64,000 nucleotides of DNA from the NCBI GenBank assembly GCA_963666485.2, contig CAXXUO010000003.1:256001-320000 (forward strand), given 5' to 3'. The notes below the pieces were generated by a model. That model saw only the letters and a list, made by a program, of their open reading frames with translations, made no database searches and was not told where the DNA came from. Positions within the stretch are counted from its first letter, which is position 1, and the number at the start of each line of letters is the position of its first letter. This document shows positions 42,584-53,072 of the stretch, one piece after another. The position numbers were made by a program, and so were the translations under genes. The DNA is from Syntrophorhabdaceae bacterium (GTDB lineage Bacteria; Desulfobacterota; Syntrophorhabdia; Syntrophorhabdales; Syntrophorhabdaceae).

Positions 42584-43846
42584 ATGAAGAGCAAGTTTTT
42601 CGATAAAAAAATCTTATCGTGGTGCCTCTTTGATTTCGCCAATTCAAGCTATTCGGCGGTGATCGCCGCTGTCATCTTCCCGGTCTACTACACGACATTT
42701 ATCGTGGGAAATGATGCGGGCCTGGGTGACGTCTGGTGGGGCAGGGCCATATCAGTCAGCATGGCGTTCGTGGCGCTCACCTCGCCGCTGCTTGGCGGGA
42801 TATCGGACTTCTCCGGTGCGCGAAAAAAATTCCTTTTCGTTTATACGATGACCTGCGTTCTCGCGACCGCATCGCTCATATTTCTCACGAAAGGCAGCAT
42901 ATTCACCGGGTTCCTTCTCGTCGTCCTTGCGAATATCGGGATGGAGGGCGGGATAGTATTCTATAATTCGTTCCTGAACGATATAGCCCGAAGCGACTAC
43001 CAGGGCCGGGTATCTGCGTGGGGGTTTGCGACCGGTTATCTCGGTTCGATCATTTCACTTCTTGCAGCCCTGCTGCTTATAAAGGCAGATCATATAACCC
43101 TTGCCTGGCCCATGTCGGCCATGTTCTTCCTTGTTTTTTCCCTGCCCGCTTTCCTGTTCCTTCCCCGGGATGGACAAAGGGGCGTTACAATTGCACGCGC
43201 GGCCGGGGAGGGCCTGAAGACAACCGTCGCTGTTTTGAAGACGATGTGGGCGAACACGCACCAGAGGAAATTTCTGCTCGCGTATCTCCTGTACGAAGAC
43301 GGCGTGAATACGGTCATTGTCTTCTCGAGTATTTTTGCCGCCACGACGCTCGGTTTCAAGTCGGAGGAACTGGTCGGGCTCTATCTCGTCGTGCAGGTGA
43401 CGGCACTGGCGGGCGCATTTATCATGGCGCGGCCCATAGACTACTGGGGCCCGAAAAAGGTCGTTTCGCTGTCCCTCGGGCTATGGGTCCTTGTAACCAT
43501 ACTTGTCTATTTTATCTACCGTAAAAACTATTTCTTTGCCGTTGCATCGATGGCGGGACTCGGCCTCGGAACTGTTCAGGCTGCGACGCGGGCATTCTTC
43601 GCGCAGTTCATCCCGCCCGGTGACGAATCAAAGTATTTCGGCGTGTACAGTCTTGTCGGCAAGACATCCGCCGTCCTTGGCCCCCTCATCTTCGGCGCGG
43701 TATCGTCGCTCACGAAAAATCAGCGCCCCGCCGTGGCCGCGGTATCCATACTTTTCATAGCCGGCTTTATTATTCTCCAGTTTGTTAAGGGGGGACAACC
43801 GAATGTCCCTTCCACCCCTCATCCCGGCGAAGATACTGCATCATAA
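42584..43846 (+). CDS. MFS transporter (UMF1/ATG22-like)
   Basis: WCLFDFANS; about 12 TM helices. Confidence 0.88.
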   Translation: MKSKFFDKKILSWCLFDFANSSYSAVIAAVIFPVYYTTFIVGNDAGLGDVWWGRAISVSMAFVALTSPLLGGISDFSGARKKFLFVYTMTCVLATASLIFLTKGSIFTGFLLVVLANIGMEGGIVFYNSFLNDIARSDYQGRVSAWGFATGYLGSIISLLAALLLIKADHITLAWPMSAMFFLVFSLPAFLFLPRDGQRGVTIARAAGEGLKTTVAVLKTMWANTHQRKFLLAYLLYEDGVNTVIVFSSIFAATTLGFKSEELVGLYLVVQVTALAGAFIMARPIDYWGPKKVVSLSLGLWVLVTILVYFIYRKNYFFAVASMAGLGLGTVQAATRAFFAQFIPPGDESKYFGVYSLVGKTSAVLGPLIFGAVSSLTKNQRPAVAAVSILFIAGFIILQFVKGGQPNVPSTPHPGEDTAS

Positions 43847-43882
43847 TCATTTTTCCTATGCCGGATGAGTGCAAAAGAATCT

Positions 43883-44078
43883 GGATTTCCCCACCTCCGT
43901 CATTCCGGCGAAGGCCGGATTTCCCCACCTCCGTCATTCCGGCGAAGGCCGGAATCCAGGGTCTTTGTTGTTTCTGTTATTCAATAATATTCAAGAGTTG
44001 TAGTAAATCACTTTTAGTTTACGCATAGCGTTGATCAACAAAAAAAGACACTGGACCCCGGCCTTCGCCGGGGTGACG
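43883..44078. repeat. Cluster of CGTC-type REP palindromes (two tandem, one inverted)
   Basis: CGTCATTCCGGCGAAGGCCGG at 43898 and 43932; inverted copy 44044-44078. Confidence 0.88.
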
Positions 44079-44170
44079 GGGTGGGTTAATTGCGACAGGC
44101 CCTTTCCGCAGGATGACGGTAAGAATTGTGGCACATCCTCTTTAAGGCCGGAGTGATGGGAATGAAGAAA

Positions 44171-45163
44171 CTAATCCTCGCTCTTAAATTCCCTTTTAAT
44201 TATATCCTTGAGTGACGCCGTGATGTCTTTGTTTTCGTAGACGATGCGGTAGAGCTCTTCGGTGATGGGCATGTCGACGCCGAGTTTTTTTGCAAGATTA
44301 TACGCAGCGTTGATCGTGTAATAACCTTCAACGACCGTTTTCTGGGATGCAATGATGTCGGCCGATCTTTTTCCCGAGGCGAGTTCGATGCCAAAAAGCC
44401 TGTTCCTGCTCAAGGCGCCGTATGACGTCAGAATGAGGTCCCCCATACCTGACAGGCCCATGAAGGTGGTTTCCCTGGCACCCAGCGCGCGTCCGAGCCT
44501 CTTTATCTCCGCGAGTGCCCGGGTGGTGAATGCCGCCTGCGTGTTCATCCCGAAATGAAGCCCGTCGATGATCCCCGAGCCGATAGCCATGACGTTTTTC
44601 AGGGCGCCGCCGAGCTCCACGCCGATTATGTCGTCGATGCGGTATACCCTGAAATAATCACTGTGTATCTGCTGTTGAAGCGAATGGGAAAAATCGATGT
44701 TCTTCGAAGCCACGACGGCCGCCGTGAACAGCCCCTGTGCGACCTCTTTTGCAAAAGAAGGGCCTGACAGGCTGGCGATATTGGCATCATCTGCACCGGT
44801 TATTTCTTCCACCACTTCGTTCATAAGTTTGAAGGTCGATCGCTCGATACCTTTTGTAAGGATGACGATCCTTTTCTTCTTTAATGTCGATCCAAAGGGT
44901 GTAAGTGTATCGCGGAGGGCAAACGACGGTGTTGCGATGATCGCGGTCCCGGCGAAATCGAGGGCGGTATCGATCGAATCGGTGAACCGGACCGTCCCGG
45001 GCAGGGAGAAGCCGGGGAGGAACATGGTGTTTTCGCGCACCCGGCCCATCTCCGGTACGAGATCTTTCTCGTAGGCCCAGAGCATGACCTCGCCGCCGAT
45101 ACGGGCGCAGTGAATCGCAAATGCCGTCCCCCACGCCCCGGCGCCTATCACGCTAATTTTCAT
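44171..45163 (-). CDS. gpsA: NAD(P)H-dependent glycerol-3-phosphate dehydrogenase
   Basis: GAGAWG, KGIE, SGPSFA, GALKN, GDL..T....SRN. Confidence 0.95.
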   Translation of the reverse strand: MKISVIGAGAWGTAFAIHCARIGGEVMLWAYEKDLVPEMGRVRENTMFLPGFSLPGTVRFTDSIDTALDFAGTAIIATPSFALRDTLTPFGSTLKKKRIVILTKGIERSTFKLMNEVVEEITGADDANIASLSGPSFAKEVAQGLFTAAVVASKNIDFSHSLQQQIHSDYFRVYRIDDIIGVELGGALKNVMAIGSGIIDGLHFGMNTQAAFTTRALAEIKRLGRALGARETTFMGLSGMGDLILTSYGALSRNRLFGIELASGKRSADIIASQKTVVEGYYTINAAYNLAKKLGVDMPITEELYRIVYENKDITASLKDIIKREFKSED

Positions 45164-47625
45164 TCGATGCCTTCCGTGTTGTCGATACCTTCTCCGTTGT
45201 CCATCTCACCTTCTTCGATGAGCGCCACGCCGCTGATCACCTCGCCCTCGTTGAGCCCCATCAATTTAACGCCGAGCCCTCCCCGTTTCTGGACCGGTAT
45301 GTTGCTGGACCGGAACCTGATGGTGCGTCCCGTGTCTGTAACGAGGATGACGCTTTCCTTCTCGTCGAGGCGGTTGAGGCTCACGACCTTGCCATTCTTC
45401 GAGCCGCACCTGACATTGATGATGCCGGACCCGCCGCGTGCCTGGAGCCTGTAATCCGAGCACGGTGCGCACTTGCCGTACCCTTTCTCCGTAACGGTGA
45501 AAATGGTGCAGGATTCGTCGACTGTGACAGACGATACGACCTCGTCGGAGGCTTTCTTGAAGCGGATACCCCTCACGCCGTAGGCCGGCCTCCCCATGGG
45601 ACGGATCTCGTCTTCCTTGAAGCGTATGGAAAGCCCGAACTTGGTGGCCAGCATGATCTCGCCATGCCCCGCTGTTTCAAGCACGTTGATCAGGCTGTCG
45701 TCGTCAGGGAGCGTGATGGCCTTTATGCCGTTTGCGCGGATATTTTTGAGAAGATCGAGGCTCATTCTCTTGACATGCCCTTTCTTCGTGACGAAGAACA
45801 GGAACCTGTCCTCCGAATATTCCTTGACATGGGCGACAGCTGTTATGCGTTCGTCCTTCTCGAGGTTGATCAAGTGCACGATCGGCTTACCCTTTGACGT
45901 GAGCGACGCTTCGGGGATGGTGTGGACGCGCACTGTATGCACTTTGCCGGTATTGGTGAAGAAAAGAATGTTCGAGTGGGTCGATGCTATGTAGAGATGG
46001 TCGACGAAATCCTCTTCGCGGACGACGATACCCGTCCGTCCTTTGCCGCCGCGTCCCTGGTTCCGGTACTGATCGAGAGACGTGCGCTTTATATATCCCT
46101 TGTTCGTGATCGTGACGACAACTTCCTCTTCCTTGATCATATCTTCGAGGGTGATCTCGGGAACGTAGTCGACGATCTCGGTCAGGCGCTTGTCGCCGTA
46201 CTTGTCGCGGATCTCGATGAGCTCTTTCTTGACGAGGTCCATCAGTATCGATTCATTAGCGAGCAGAAGGCGCAGGCGCTCAATTTCTTCCGCTGTTGTC
46301 CTGTGATCGTCGAGGATCTTCTGACGCTCGAGCGAGGTGAGCCTCTGGAGGCGCATCTCAAGAATATTGGTGGCCTGCCTTTCGGAGAAAGAGAACCGGG
46401 CCATGAGGCCTTCCCTGGCTTCCGGCGTGTTCGCCGCCCCGCGTATGATGGCGATGACCTCGTCAATATGGTCAAGGGCGGTCTTCAGGCCCTCGAGCAG
46501 ATGCAGCCTATCCACGGCCTTGTTGAGCTCGAAGGTGGACCTTTTTGTCACGATCTCCTTACGGAATTCGACAAATTCGTGCAGCATCTCCTTCAAGGTG
46601 AGGAGTTTCGGTTCGTTGTTGACGATCGTCAGGAATATGATGCCGAACGTTGTCTGGAGCTGTGTATGCTTGTAGAGCTTGTTGAGGATAGGCTCCGGGA
46701 TCTCACCTTTTTTGAGGTCGATCACGATGCGCATCCCTTCGCGGCTCGATTCGTCCTTTATGTTCGATATGCCTTCGATCCTCTTCGTGTTTATCAGTTC
46801 GACGATGCTTTCGATCAGGCGGGCCTTGTTGACCTGGTACGGTATCTCGGTGATGACGATAGACTCTCTGTTGTCCTTCTTGCGGGTCTCGATGTCGGCC
46901 CTGGCCCGCAGAACGATATGCCCCCGGCCACTCTGGTAAGCCTCGATGATCCCCTGCCTGCCGAATATGATGCCCTGCGTCGGAAAATCGGGCCCGGGCA
47001 CGATCTGCATGAGCTCGTTTAGTGGTATGTCCCTGTTCCCTATGAAAGCGATGAGCCCGTCTATCACCTCCGTCATATTGTGCGGCGGGATATTTGTCGC
47101 CATTCCGACGGCAATGCCCGAAGAGCCGTTTATGAGAAGGTTTGGCAGGCGGGAAGGCATGACGATCGGTTCCACCAGGGAGTCGTCGTAGTTGGGCCTG
47201 AAGGACACGGTGTCCTTTTCGATGTCCTTCAGTATCTCCTCGGCGATCCGGGACAGGCGTATTTCCGTGTACCTCATAGCCGCCGGCGCGTCGCCGTCAA
47301 CGGAGCCGAAATTGCCCTGGCCATCGACAAGCGGGTAGCGGAGCGAAAAATCCTGGACCATCCTTGTTATCGCATCATATACGGCCTGGTCCCCATGGGG
47401 GTGGAACTTACCGATGACGTCACCGACCACCCTTGCCGATTTCTTGTAGGGCTTGTCATGGGTGTTGTTCAGTTCGTACATCGCATACAGGATCCTGCGG
47501 TGAACGGGTTTCAACCCGTCGCGTATGTCCGGCAATGCCCGGCCTATGATGGTGCTCATCGCATAGTCCAGGTACGACCGTTTCATCTCCTCTTCTATAG
47601 GAACGGTTACTACAGATGACAGCAT
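45160..47625 (-). CDS. gyrA: DNA gyrase subunit A
   Basis: [16 protein letters not shown], GyrA box QGRGGKG. Confidence 0.97.
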   Translation of the reverse strand: MLSSVVTVPIEEEMKRSYLDYAMSTIIGRALPDIRDGLKPVHRRILYAMYELNNTHDKPYKKSARVVGDVIGKFHPHGDQAVYDAITRMVQDFSLRYPLVDGQGNFGSVDGDAPAAMRYTEIRLSRIAEEILKDIEKDTVSFRPNYDDSLVEPIVMPSRLPNLLINGSSGIAVGMATNIPPHNMTEVIDGLIAFIGNRDIPLNELMQIVPGPDFPTQGIIFGRQGIIEAYQSGRGHIVLRARADIETRKKDNRESIVITEIPYQVNKARLIESIVELINTKRIEGISNIKDESSREGMRIVIDLKKGEIPEPILNKLYKHTQLQTTFGIIFLTIVNNEPKLLTLKEMLHEFVEFRKEIVTKRSTFELNKAVDRLHLLEGLKTALDHIDEVIAIIRGAANTPEAREGLMARFSFSERQATNILEMRLQRLTSLERQKILDDHRTTAEEIERLRLLLANESILMDLVKKELIEIRDKYGDKRLTEIVDYVPEITLEDMIKEEEVVVTITNKGYIKRTSLDQYRNQGRGGKGRTGIVVREEDFVDHLYIASTHSNILFFTNTGKVHTVRVHTIPEASLTSKGKPIVHLINLEKDERITAVAHVKEYSEDRFLFFVTKKGHVKRMSLDLLKNIRANGIKAITLPDDDSLINVLETAGHGEIMLATKFGLSIRFKEDEIRPMGRPAYGVRGIRFKKASDEVVSSVTVDESCTIFTVTEKGYGKCAPCSDYRLQARGGSGIINVRCGSKNGKVVSLNRLDEKESVILVTDTGRTIRFRSSNIPVQKRGGLGVKLMGLNEGEVISGVALIEEGEMDNGEGIDNTEGIE

Positions 47626-47863
47626 TCATGTCCTCCGGATCGATCGTGGAATTTTTTGTTTTAATGTACCATATTTCAGGCCTTAAATCCATGAATACAG
47701 GCAGTTTTTATGCTCATCCGTACCGCGGGCCGGAGGCCCGGGAAGGCTGCTTCTGCTCGGGGGACCGGCATGGGCTTAAAAGCTGAGGATACACGCCGGA
47801 TTAAGTCATTTTATGTAAATAACAGGTTGACAAGGATACGTGCTTCGGGGAAAATAATGGACA

Positions 47864-48202
47864 ATGAAAAAGCTATTTGCCGTTATGATCGTCTTATCTA
47901 TCGCGCTTGTTCTCCCCGCCTGCGGCAAGGAGGCGAAGAGCCTCAAGGAGGAACTGAGGGTCGTAAAGGAAGAGAACAGTTTCCTGAAGGCCGAAAATAT
48001 CGCTTTAAAGAAAGAGGTCGAAGAACTCTACAGGAAGCTCGAAGAAAAAGACAAGACGAAAGCCCTACCGGCACCGCAGGTCCAGCCGGCCCCGGCAAAG
48101 ACCGATCAGCCGAAGAAGGACGCGAAGCCGGCGGCTGCCGCCAAAACCCCCGAAAAACCCGCAGAGAAGGTCAAGAGACCGGACGCGGAGAAACCAAGGT
48201 AG
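47864..48202 (+). CDS. Small lipoprotein with a coiled coil and Pro/Lys-rich tail
   Basis: Signal peptide with lipobox LPAC. Confidence 0.7.
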   Translation: MKKLFAVMIVLSIALVLPACGKEAKSLKEELRVVKEENSFLKAENIALKKEVEELYRKLEEKDKTKALPAPQVQPAPAKTDQPKKDAKPAAAAKTPEKPAEKVKRPDAEKPR

Positions 48203-48252
48203 CACCGGCCCCGAACCGTACCGCTTTTATTCATCACCAGGGTTGAGCCTAT

Positions 48253-49002
48253 ATGCGATCAGATGGCAGGAGAAATATTTCCCTCGTTGTCGAATACGAA
48301 GGGACGAACTATCACGGGTGGCAGTGCCAGCCGAACGGCACGACCGTGGAAGAGGTCCTGAGGCTCGCGGTCGAAAGAATAGTAGACCATCCGGTCAAGC
48401 TCTACAGCGCAGGTCGGACGGATGCGGGTGTCCATGCCTTCGGGCAGGTGGTAAACTTCTTTACGGACAAAACCATACCCCTTTTCAACGTCGTCAGGGG
48501 GGTGAACAGCATGCTGCCTCAGGACATACGCGTGAGGACGGCACATGATGAGGACCCGTCATTTCACGCCCGGTACAGCGCGAAAAGCAAAACATACGTT
48601 TACAGCATATATAACGCCCCCGGTTTTTCTCCTTTCTCGGTCCGCTATTCCTGGCATTACCCCTTTCCCCTCGATAGCGCATCGATGAACGATGCGATAC
48701 AATCGGTTGTGGGCACGCATGATTTTTCATCGTTCAAGAAAAAGAACGAGCCGTACCGCAGCTGCGAGCGGGAGGTATTGAGGGCACGGGTCTTTCGAAA
48801 GGGGCCATTCGTCCATGTCATTATCGAGGCGACCGGGTTTTTGCGCTACATGGTAAGGAACATTGTCGGGACGCTCATTTCTGTCGGGACGGGAAAGATG
48901 ACGCCGGACGAATTCCGGGGGGTCATCGAGGAGAGGGACAGGGACCGGGCAGGGGCGACAGCGCCGCCGCAGGGGCTGTTCCTGAGAAGAGTGAGATATT
49001 GA
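48253..49002 (+). CDS. truA: tRNA pseudouridine(38-40) synthase
   Basis: GWQ, GRTDAGVHA, FLRYMVR. Confidence 0.96.
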   Translation: MRSDGRRNISLVVEYEGTNYHGWQCQPNGTTVEEVLRLAVERIVDHPVKLYSAGRTDAGVHAFGQVVNFFTDKTIPLFNVVRGVNSMLPQDIRVRTAHDEDPSFHARYSAKSKTYVYSIYNAPGFSPFSVRYSWHYPFPLDSASMNDAIQSVVGTHDFSSFKKKNEPYRSCEREVLRARVFRKGPFVHVIIEATGFLRYMVRNIVGTLISVGTGKMTPDEFRGVIEERDRDRAGATAPPQGLFLRRVRY

Positions 49003-49008
49003 AAAGAT

Positions 49009-49037
49009 GGTTCAAGGTTCAAAGTTCAAGGTTCAAA
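49009..49037 (+). repeat. GGTTCAA-type heptamer array, four copies
   Basis: Starts 7 nt after the truA stop, preceded by AAAGAT. Confidence 0.85.
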
Positions 49038-49071
49038 GGTGCTCCATTTTGGGCTCTGCGGGGGACAGATA

Positions 49072-50187
49072 ATGGGTGAGTATACTTTGGCGGCTACGGC
49101 GGCATTTGGGCTCGAGGCGGTGGTGGCGCGGGAACTGAAGGGTCTCGGGTACGAAAATAGCTCGGTCGAAAATGGCCGGGTGTTGTTTTCGGGCGAGGAA
49201 AAGGATATTGCACGGGCGAATATCTGGCTCAGATGTGCGGACCGGGTCCTCATGAGAGTGGGGCAGTTCCGGGCGGGGGATTTCGAGGAGCTGTTTCAGG
49301 GAGTGCGCACTATACCGTGGGGACGGTATATATCTTCGACGGGGGTGGTCAACGTGACGGGCCGGTCCGTCAAATCGGTGTTGACGAGCATCCCGGCGTG
49401 CCAGTCCGTCGTCAAGAAGGCCATCATGGAGTCAATGAAAAAGCGGTACGGGCTGGAACATTTTCCCGAAGACGGTCCCGTGCACGGGATCGAGTTCTCG
49501 CTCGAGGGCGACGTCGCGGCTGTGTACATGGACACGACGGGGCCGGGACTCCATAAGCGCGGTTACAGGACGGGTACAGGGCAGGCGGCCCTGAGGGAAA
49601 CCCTGGCGGCCGGTCTTGTGATACTGAGCCGTTGGAAACCGGGTATGCCTTTCGTTGACCCCTTCTGCGGGTCCGGGACCATAGCGATCGAAGCCGCGAT
49701 GATAGGCTGGAACATCGCCCCCGGTCTAAACAGGGAATTTGCATCGGAGAAATGGAAATTCATTGCCCCCGACATATGGGGGAAGGCCCGCCGTCTTGCG
49801 CACAAGGAGGAGCGGAAGGTCACGCTGGATATAACGGCATCGGATATCGATGATCACGTTATCGTCAAAGCACGGCACAACGCGCGGCACGCAGGCGTCC
49901 TGTCAGCCATTAAATTTGAGAGACGCACCATAAGGGACCTTACATTCCCCGCGGAACGAGGCATCGTTGTCTGCAATCCTCCCTACGGCGAGAGGTCGGG
50001 GGATAAAAAAGCCGCAGGCGAATTGATGAAAGAAATGCGGGAAACATTCGATCGCGCCCGCGACTGGTCGTTCTTTGTGTTCACAGGTCTTGAAGATTTC
50101 GAGAAGTACTACGGAAAACACGCCGATTCCAACCGTAAGCTGTATAATGGGAGGATAAAGTGTTATCTGTATCAGTTCAAATCGTAA
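49072..50187 (+). CDS. THUMP-domain class I SAM RNA methyltransferase (RlmL-like)
   Basis: GLEAVV, LHKRGYR, DPFCGSGT, NPPYG. Confidence 0.88.
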   Translation: MGEYTLAATAAFGLEAVVARELKGLGYENSSVENGRVLFSGEEKDIARANIWLRCADRVLMRVGQFRAGDFEELFQGVRTIPWGRYISSTGVVNVTGRSVKSVLTSIPACQSVVKKAIMESMKKRYGLEHFPEDGPVHGIEFSLEGDVAAVYMDTTGPGLHKRGYRTGTGQAALRETLAAGLVILSRWKPGMPFVDPFCGSGTIAIEAAMIGWNIAPGLNREFASEKWKFIAPDIWGKARRLAHKEERKVTLDITASDIDDHVIVKARHNARHAGVLSAIKFERRTIRDLTFPAERGIVVCNPPYGERSGDKKAAGELMKEMRETFDRARDWSFFVFTGLEDFEKYYGKHADSNRKLYNGRIKCYLYQFKS

Positions 50188-50346
50188 GGCGTAAGGCGTA
50201 AGGCGTAAGGCTTTTCTTCACCTGTCAAGAATTTTTAAAAAAGGCCAGATATCTGCCGGGATATCAGACGTTAACAAAGGCCGTCATTCCGGCTTGCCGG
50301 AATCCAGTGTCTTTGTTTTTTAACGCCTTACGCTCTCACGCCTTAC
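50184..50346. repeat. ~160-bp composite repeat, copy 2
   Basis: (GTAAGGC)x4, shared core, REP, GCCTTAC-like arm; near-identical to 19548-19710. Confidence 0.9.
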
Positions 50347-50792
50347 GGTTTTTTCAAATCCGCCGTGCAATGCGCACATTTCACCGCAAGAACGGGTATT
50401 GTGGAAAGGCAATAGGGACATTCCTTCGTCACGGGCTCTGCCGGGGCAGACTGCCGATTCAGACGGTTGACGTTCTTTACGAGTATGAAAACACAGAATG
50501 CGACGATCAGGAAACTTATGATCGTGTTGATAAAAACGCCGTAATTTACAGTGACCGCGCCTGCCGCCTTGGCCTGGGCAATGGTCTCGTACGGGGGAGG
50601 GACCTTTCCGGCCTTCAGGACAACGAAGAAACTCGAGAAATCGATATTGCCGAGCATAAGGCCGACAGGGGGCATGATGATGTCGTCCACAAGTGATTTG
50701 ACGATAGTCACGAACGCCGCTCCTATGATGATGCCGACGGCCATGTCGACGACATTGCCGCGCATGATAAACTCCCTGAATTCCTTACCCAT
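50343..50792 (-). CDS. mscL: Large-conductance mechanosensitive channel with a C-terminal Cys ribbon
   Basis: [26 protein letters not shown]...CAHC tail. Confidence 0.94.
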   Translation of the reverse strand: MGKEFREFIMRGNVVDMAVGIIIGAAFVTIVKSLVDDIIMPPVGLMLGNIDFSSFFVVLKAGKVPPPYETIAQAKAAGAVTVNYGVFINTIISFLIVAFCVFILVKNVNRLNRQSAPAEPVTKECPYCLSTIPVLAVKCAHCTADLKKP

Positions 50793-50909
50793 TTGTACCT
50801 CCTTGCGGCGCGAGTATTTGCCTCTCTATAAATTTTACCTTATGATTGATAAATGGGTGAAAGAAAATAATCGGCGGGCGACGTACATCCGCATGCAGGG
50901 AGGCGCAGC

Positions 50910-51770
50910 ATGAAGAAGACGGGTTTCATAGGTTTAGGTTATTTGGGCAGCGCCATAGCGCGCCGGCTCATCTCTGAAGGCATGGAACTCGTTGTCTGGA
51001 ACAGGACGAGGGATAAAGCGATGGACCTCGGGATGGAGATCGCCCCCTCACCTGCGGACCTTGCGCGCCAGGCAGATGTCATTTTCCTGAGCCTGTTCGA
51101 CAGTGCGGCGGTCAGGGAGGTCCTCTCCGGCAGGAACGGGATGCTCGAGGCGGACCTTTTGGGGAAATTGATCATAGACACGACAACCAACCATTTCGAT
51201 GATGTTCTTTCGTTTCACGAAGCGTGTGCGGAAGCCGGATGCCGGTACGTCGAGGCCCCTGTTCTCGGGAGTGTTGTCCCGGCGTCCCAGGGAAACCTCG
51301 TCGTGCTCGCAAGCGGGCAGGCGGAGGCGTTCGATGCAGCCCGTCCTTTTCTGGAAAAGATCGGAAAGAACATGTTTTTCCTCGGCGAACCCGGTCTTGC
51401 TACTAAAATGAAACTCGTCAATAACCTCGTCCTCGGAAATTTTATGGCGGTCATTGCAGAGGCGGTGGTGATGGGCGAGAAGACAGGCCTCGAGACCGGG
51501 GCCGTGCTCGAGATATTGTCTGCCGGTGCCGGCAATTCCGGCGTCATGAACGCAAAAAAGCAAAAGATCGTCAATAACGACTTTGAAACACACTTTTCTG
51601 CGGCACTCATCTACAAAGACCTCCACTACCTGCAGGACCTCGCAAAAACACTGGGCACGCCTTTATTCACCGCCGCCGTCACAAAAGAGCTTTTCGGAAT
51701 GACATTCAAGGACAATAACCAGGCATTGGATATGGCAGTGATCTATAAGGTGTTGAAAGACCGTCGCTGA
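50910..51770 (+). CDS. Beta-hydroxyacid dehydrogenase family NAD(P)-dependent oxidoreductase
   Basis: GFIGLG, WNRT, EAPVLGS, KLVNN. Confidence 0.88.
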   Translation: MKKTGFIGLGYLGSAIARRLISEGMELVVWNRTRDKAMDLGMEIAPSPADLARQADVIFLSLFDSAAVREVLSGRNGMLEADLLGKLIIDTTTNHFDDVLSFHEACAEAGCRYVEAPVLGSVVPASQGNLVVLASGQAEAFDAARPFLEKIGKNMFFLGEPGLATKMKLVNNLVLGNFMAVIAEAVVMGEKTGLETGAVLEILSAGAGNSGVMNAKKQKIVNNDFETHFSAALIYKDLHYLQDLAKTLGTPLFTAAVTKELFGMTFKDNNQALDMAVIYKVLKDRR

Positions 51771-51832
51771 ACGGGGGCTCTATTAACAGAATCTTTGGTA
51801 CGCACTGACCCATAAAGCACCAAGCTGCTGTC

Positions 51833-51860
51833 TTTAACTTTGAACTTTGAACCTTGAACC
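51833..51860 (-). repeat. GGTTCAA-type heptamer array on the minus strand
   Basis: TTTGAACTTTGAACCTTGAACC followed by GTCTTTT. Confidence 0.8.
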
Positions 51861-51922
51861 GTCTTTTAGCATAACCTATCATCCCGTTGACTTTACTATT
51901 CCCGTCTGCTAACGTGTCCTAA

Positions 51923-52987
51923 ATGCCCACAACGTCCACACGCGGCTCATCCAAGGCGGGGCTCCCCCCGGGGACCCTGGTGCATTTAGGCAGGCATGTC
52001 GTCGAAAAAGCCACATTCACGGTTATCAATTACGACGAAGCCCATTTCAGGATCAAGGAAACATCGAACCTCGAGGAATGCTTCTCTCTCATTGACCCGT
52101 CGATGATCACCTGGATCAATGTGGATGCGGTCAGCGACCCGCAAACGATCGAGACTATAGGGACACATTTCGGGCTCCATCCGTTGCTCCTCGAAGACAT
52201 AATGAACACGGACCAGAGACCCAAAATGGACGATTACGAGGACTATCTTTTTCTCGTCCTGAAAATGATCCTGATAAATGTGGACACGAGAGGGCCGGAA
52301 GCCGACCAGATCAGCTTCGTGCTCGGCAGGAATTATCTCATATCGTTTTTGGAAAGACCGGGCGAAGTATTCCTCCCCGCGATAGAGAGGCTCGAGAACG
52401 GGAAGTCACGGATCCGCAAGAATGGGCCGGATTACCTGCTCTACACTCTTGTCGATATTATCGTCGACAACTACTTCGCTATTATCGATAAAGGAAGTGA
52501 GATACTCGAGGAACTCGAAGCACGGGTTGTCGCAGGCGCGCGGACGGACACGCTTGTCGATATCCAGAAAAGAAAACGGGACTTCCTGTTCCTCAGGAAA
52601 TCGATCGCTCCCCTGCGGGACGTGATGATGAGCATTGAGCGGAACGATACAGACCTTATTTCACCTTCATTGATGATCTTTTTCCGGGATATCGCGGACC
52701 ATTCCATACGCGTCATTGACAACATCGAGACATCACGCGAAATGCTGTCGGGGATGCTCGACATCTATCTTTCGAGCGTAAGCAATCGCCTCAATGAGGT
52801 CATGAAAGTGCTCACCATCATATCGACCATATTCATACCCCTCACATTCATCGCCGGTGTTTACGGGATGAATTTCAAGAATATGCCGGAAATAGAGATG
52901 CATTACGGCTACTACGCCTGCCTCGCACTCATGGGGTGCGTCGTTATAACGATGCTCGTCTTTTTTTGGCGAAAGAAATGGTTCTAA
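51923..52987 (+). CDS. corA: Magnesium/cobalt transporter CorA
   Basis: GLPPGT, HPLLLED, YGMNF. Confidence 0.95.
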   Translation: MPTTSTRGSSKAGLPPGTLVHLGRHVVEKATFTVINYDEAHFRIKETSNLEECFSLIDPSMITWINVDAVSDPQTIETIGTHFGLHPLLLEDIMNTDQRPKMDDYEDYLFLVLKMILINVDTRGPEADQISFVLGRNYLISFLERPGEVFLPAIERLENGKSRIRKNGPDYLLYTLVDIIVDNYFAIIDKGSEILEELEARVVAGARTDTLVDIQKRKRDFLFLRKSIAPLRDVMMSIERNDTDLISPSLMIFFRDIADHSIRVIDNIETSREMLSGMLDIYLSSVSNRLNEVMKVLTIISTIFIPLTFIAGVYGMNFKNMPEIEMHYGYYACLALMGCVVITMLVFFWRKKWF

Positions 52988-52996
52988 TATAAAACC

Positions 52997-53065
52997 GGTT
53001 CAAGGTTCAAGGTTCAAAGTTCAAGGCTAAAAGCATGTCCCCGTTGAAACCTTGAAACCTTGAAC
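52997..53065. repeat. Inverted GGTTCAA arrays between convergent genes
   Basis: Four copies at 52997-53026; degenerate inverse at 53044-53065. Confidence 0.82.
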
Positions 53066-53072
53066 TTTTTGT

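Noticed and set aside
47710..47790. SRP-RNA-like GAAGCAGC motif on the minus strand
   Set aside because: Lacks the CAGG...GNRA helix-8 geometry; would need an Rfam scan
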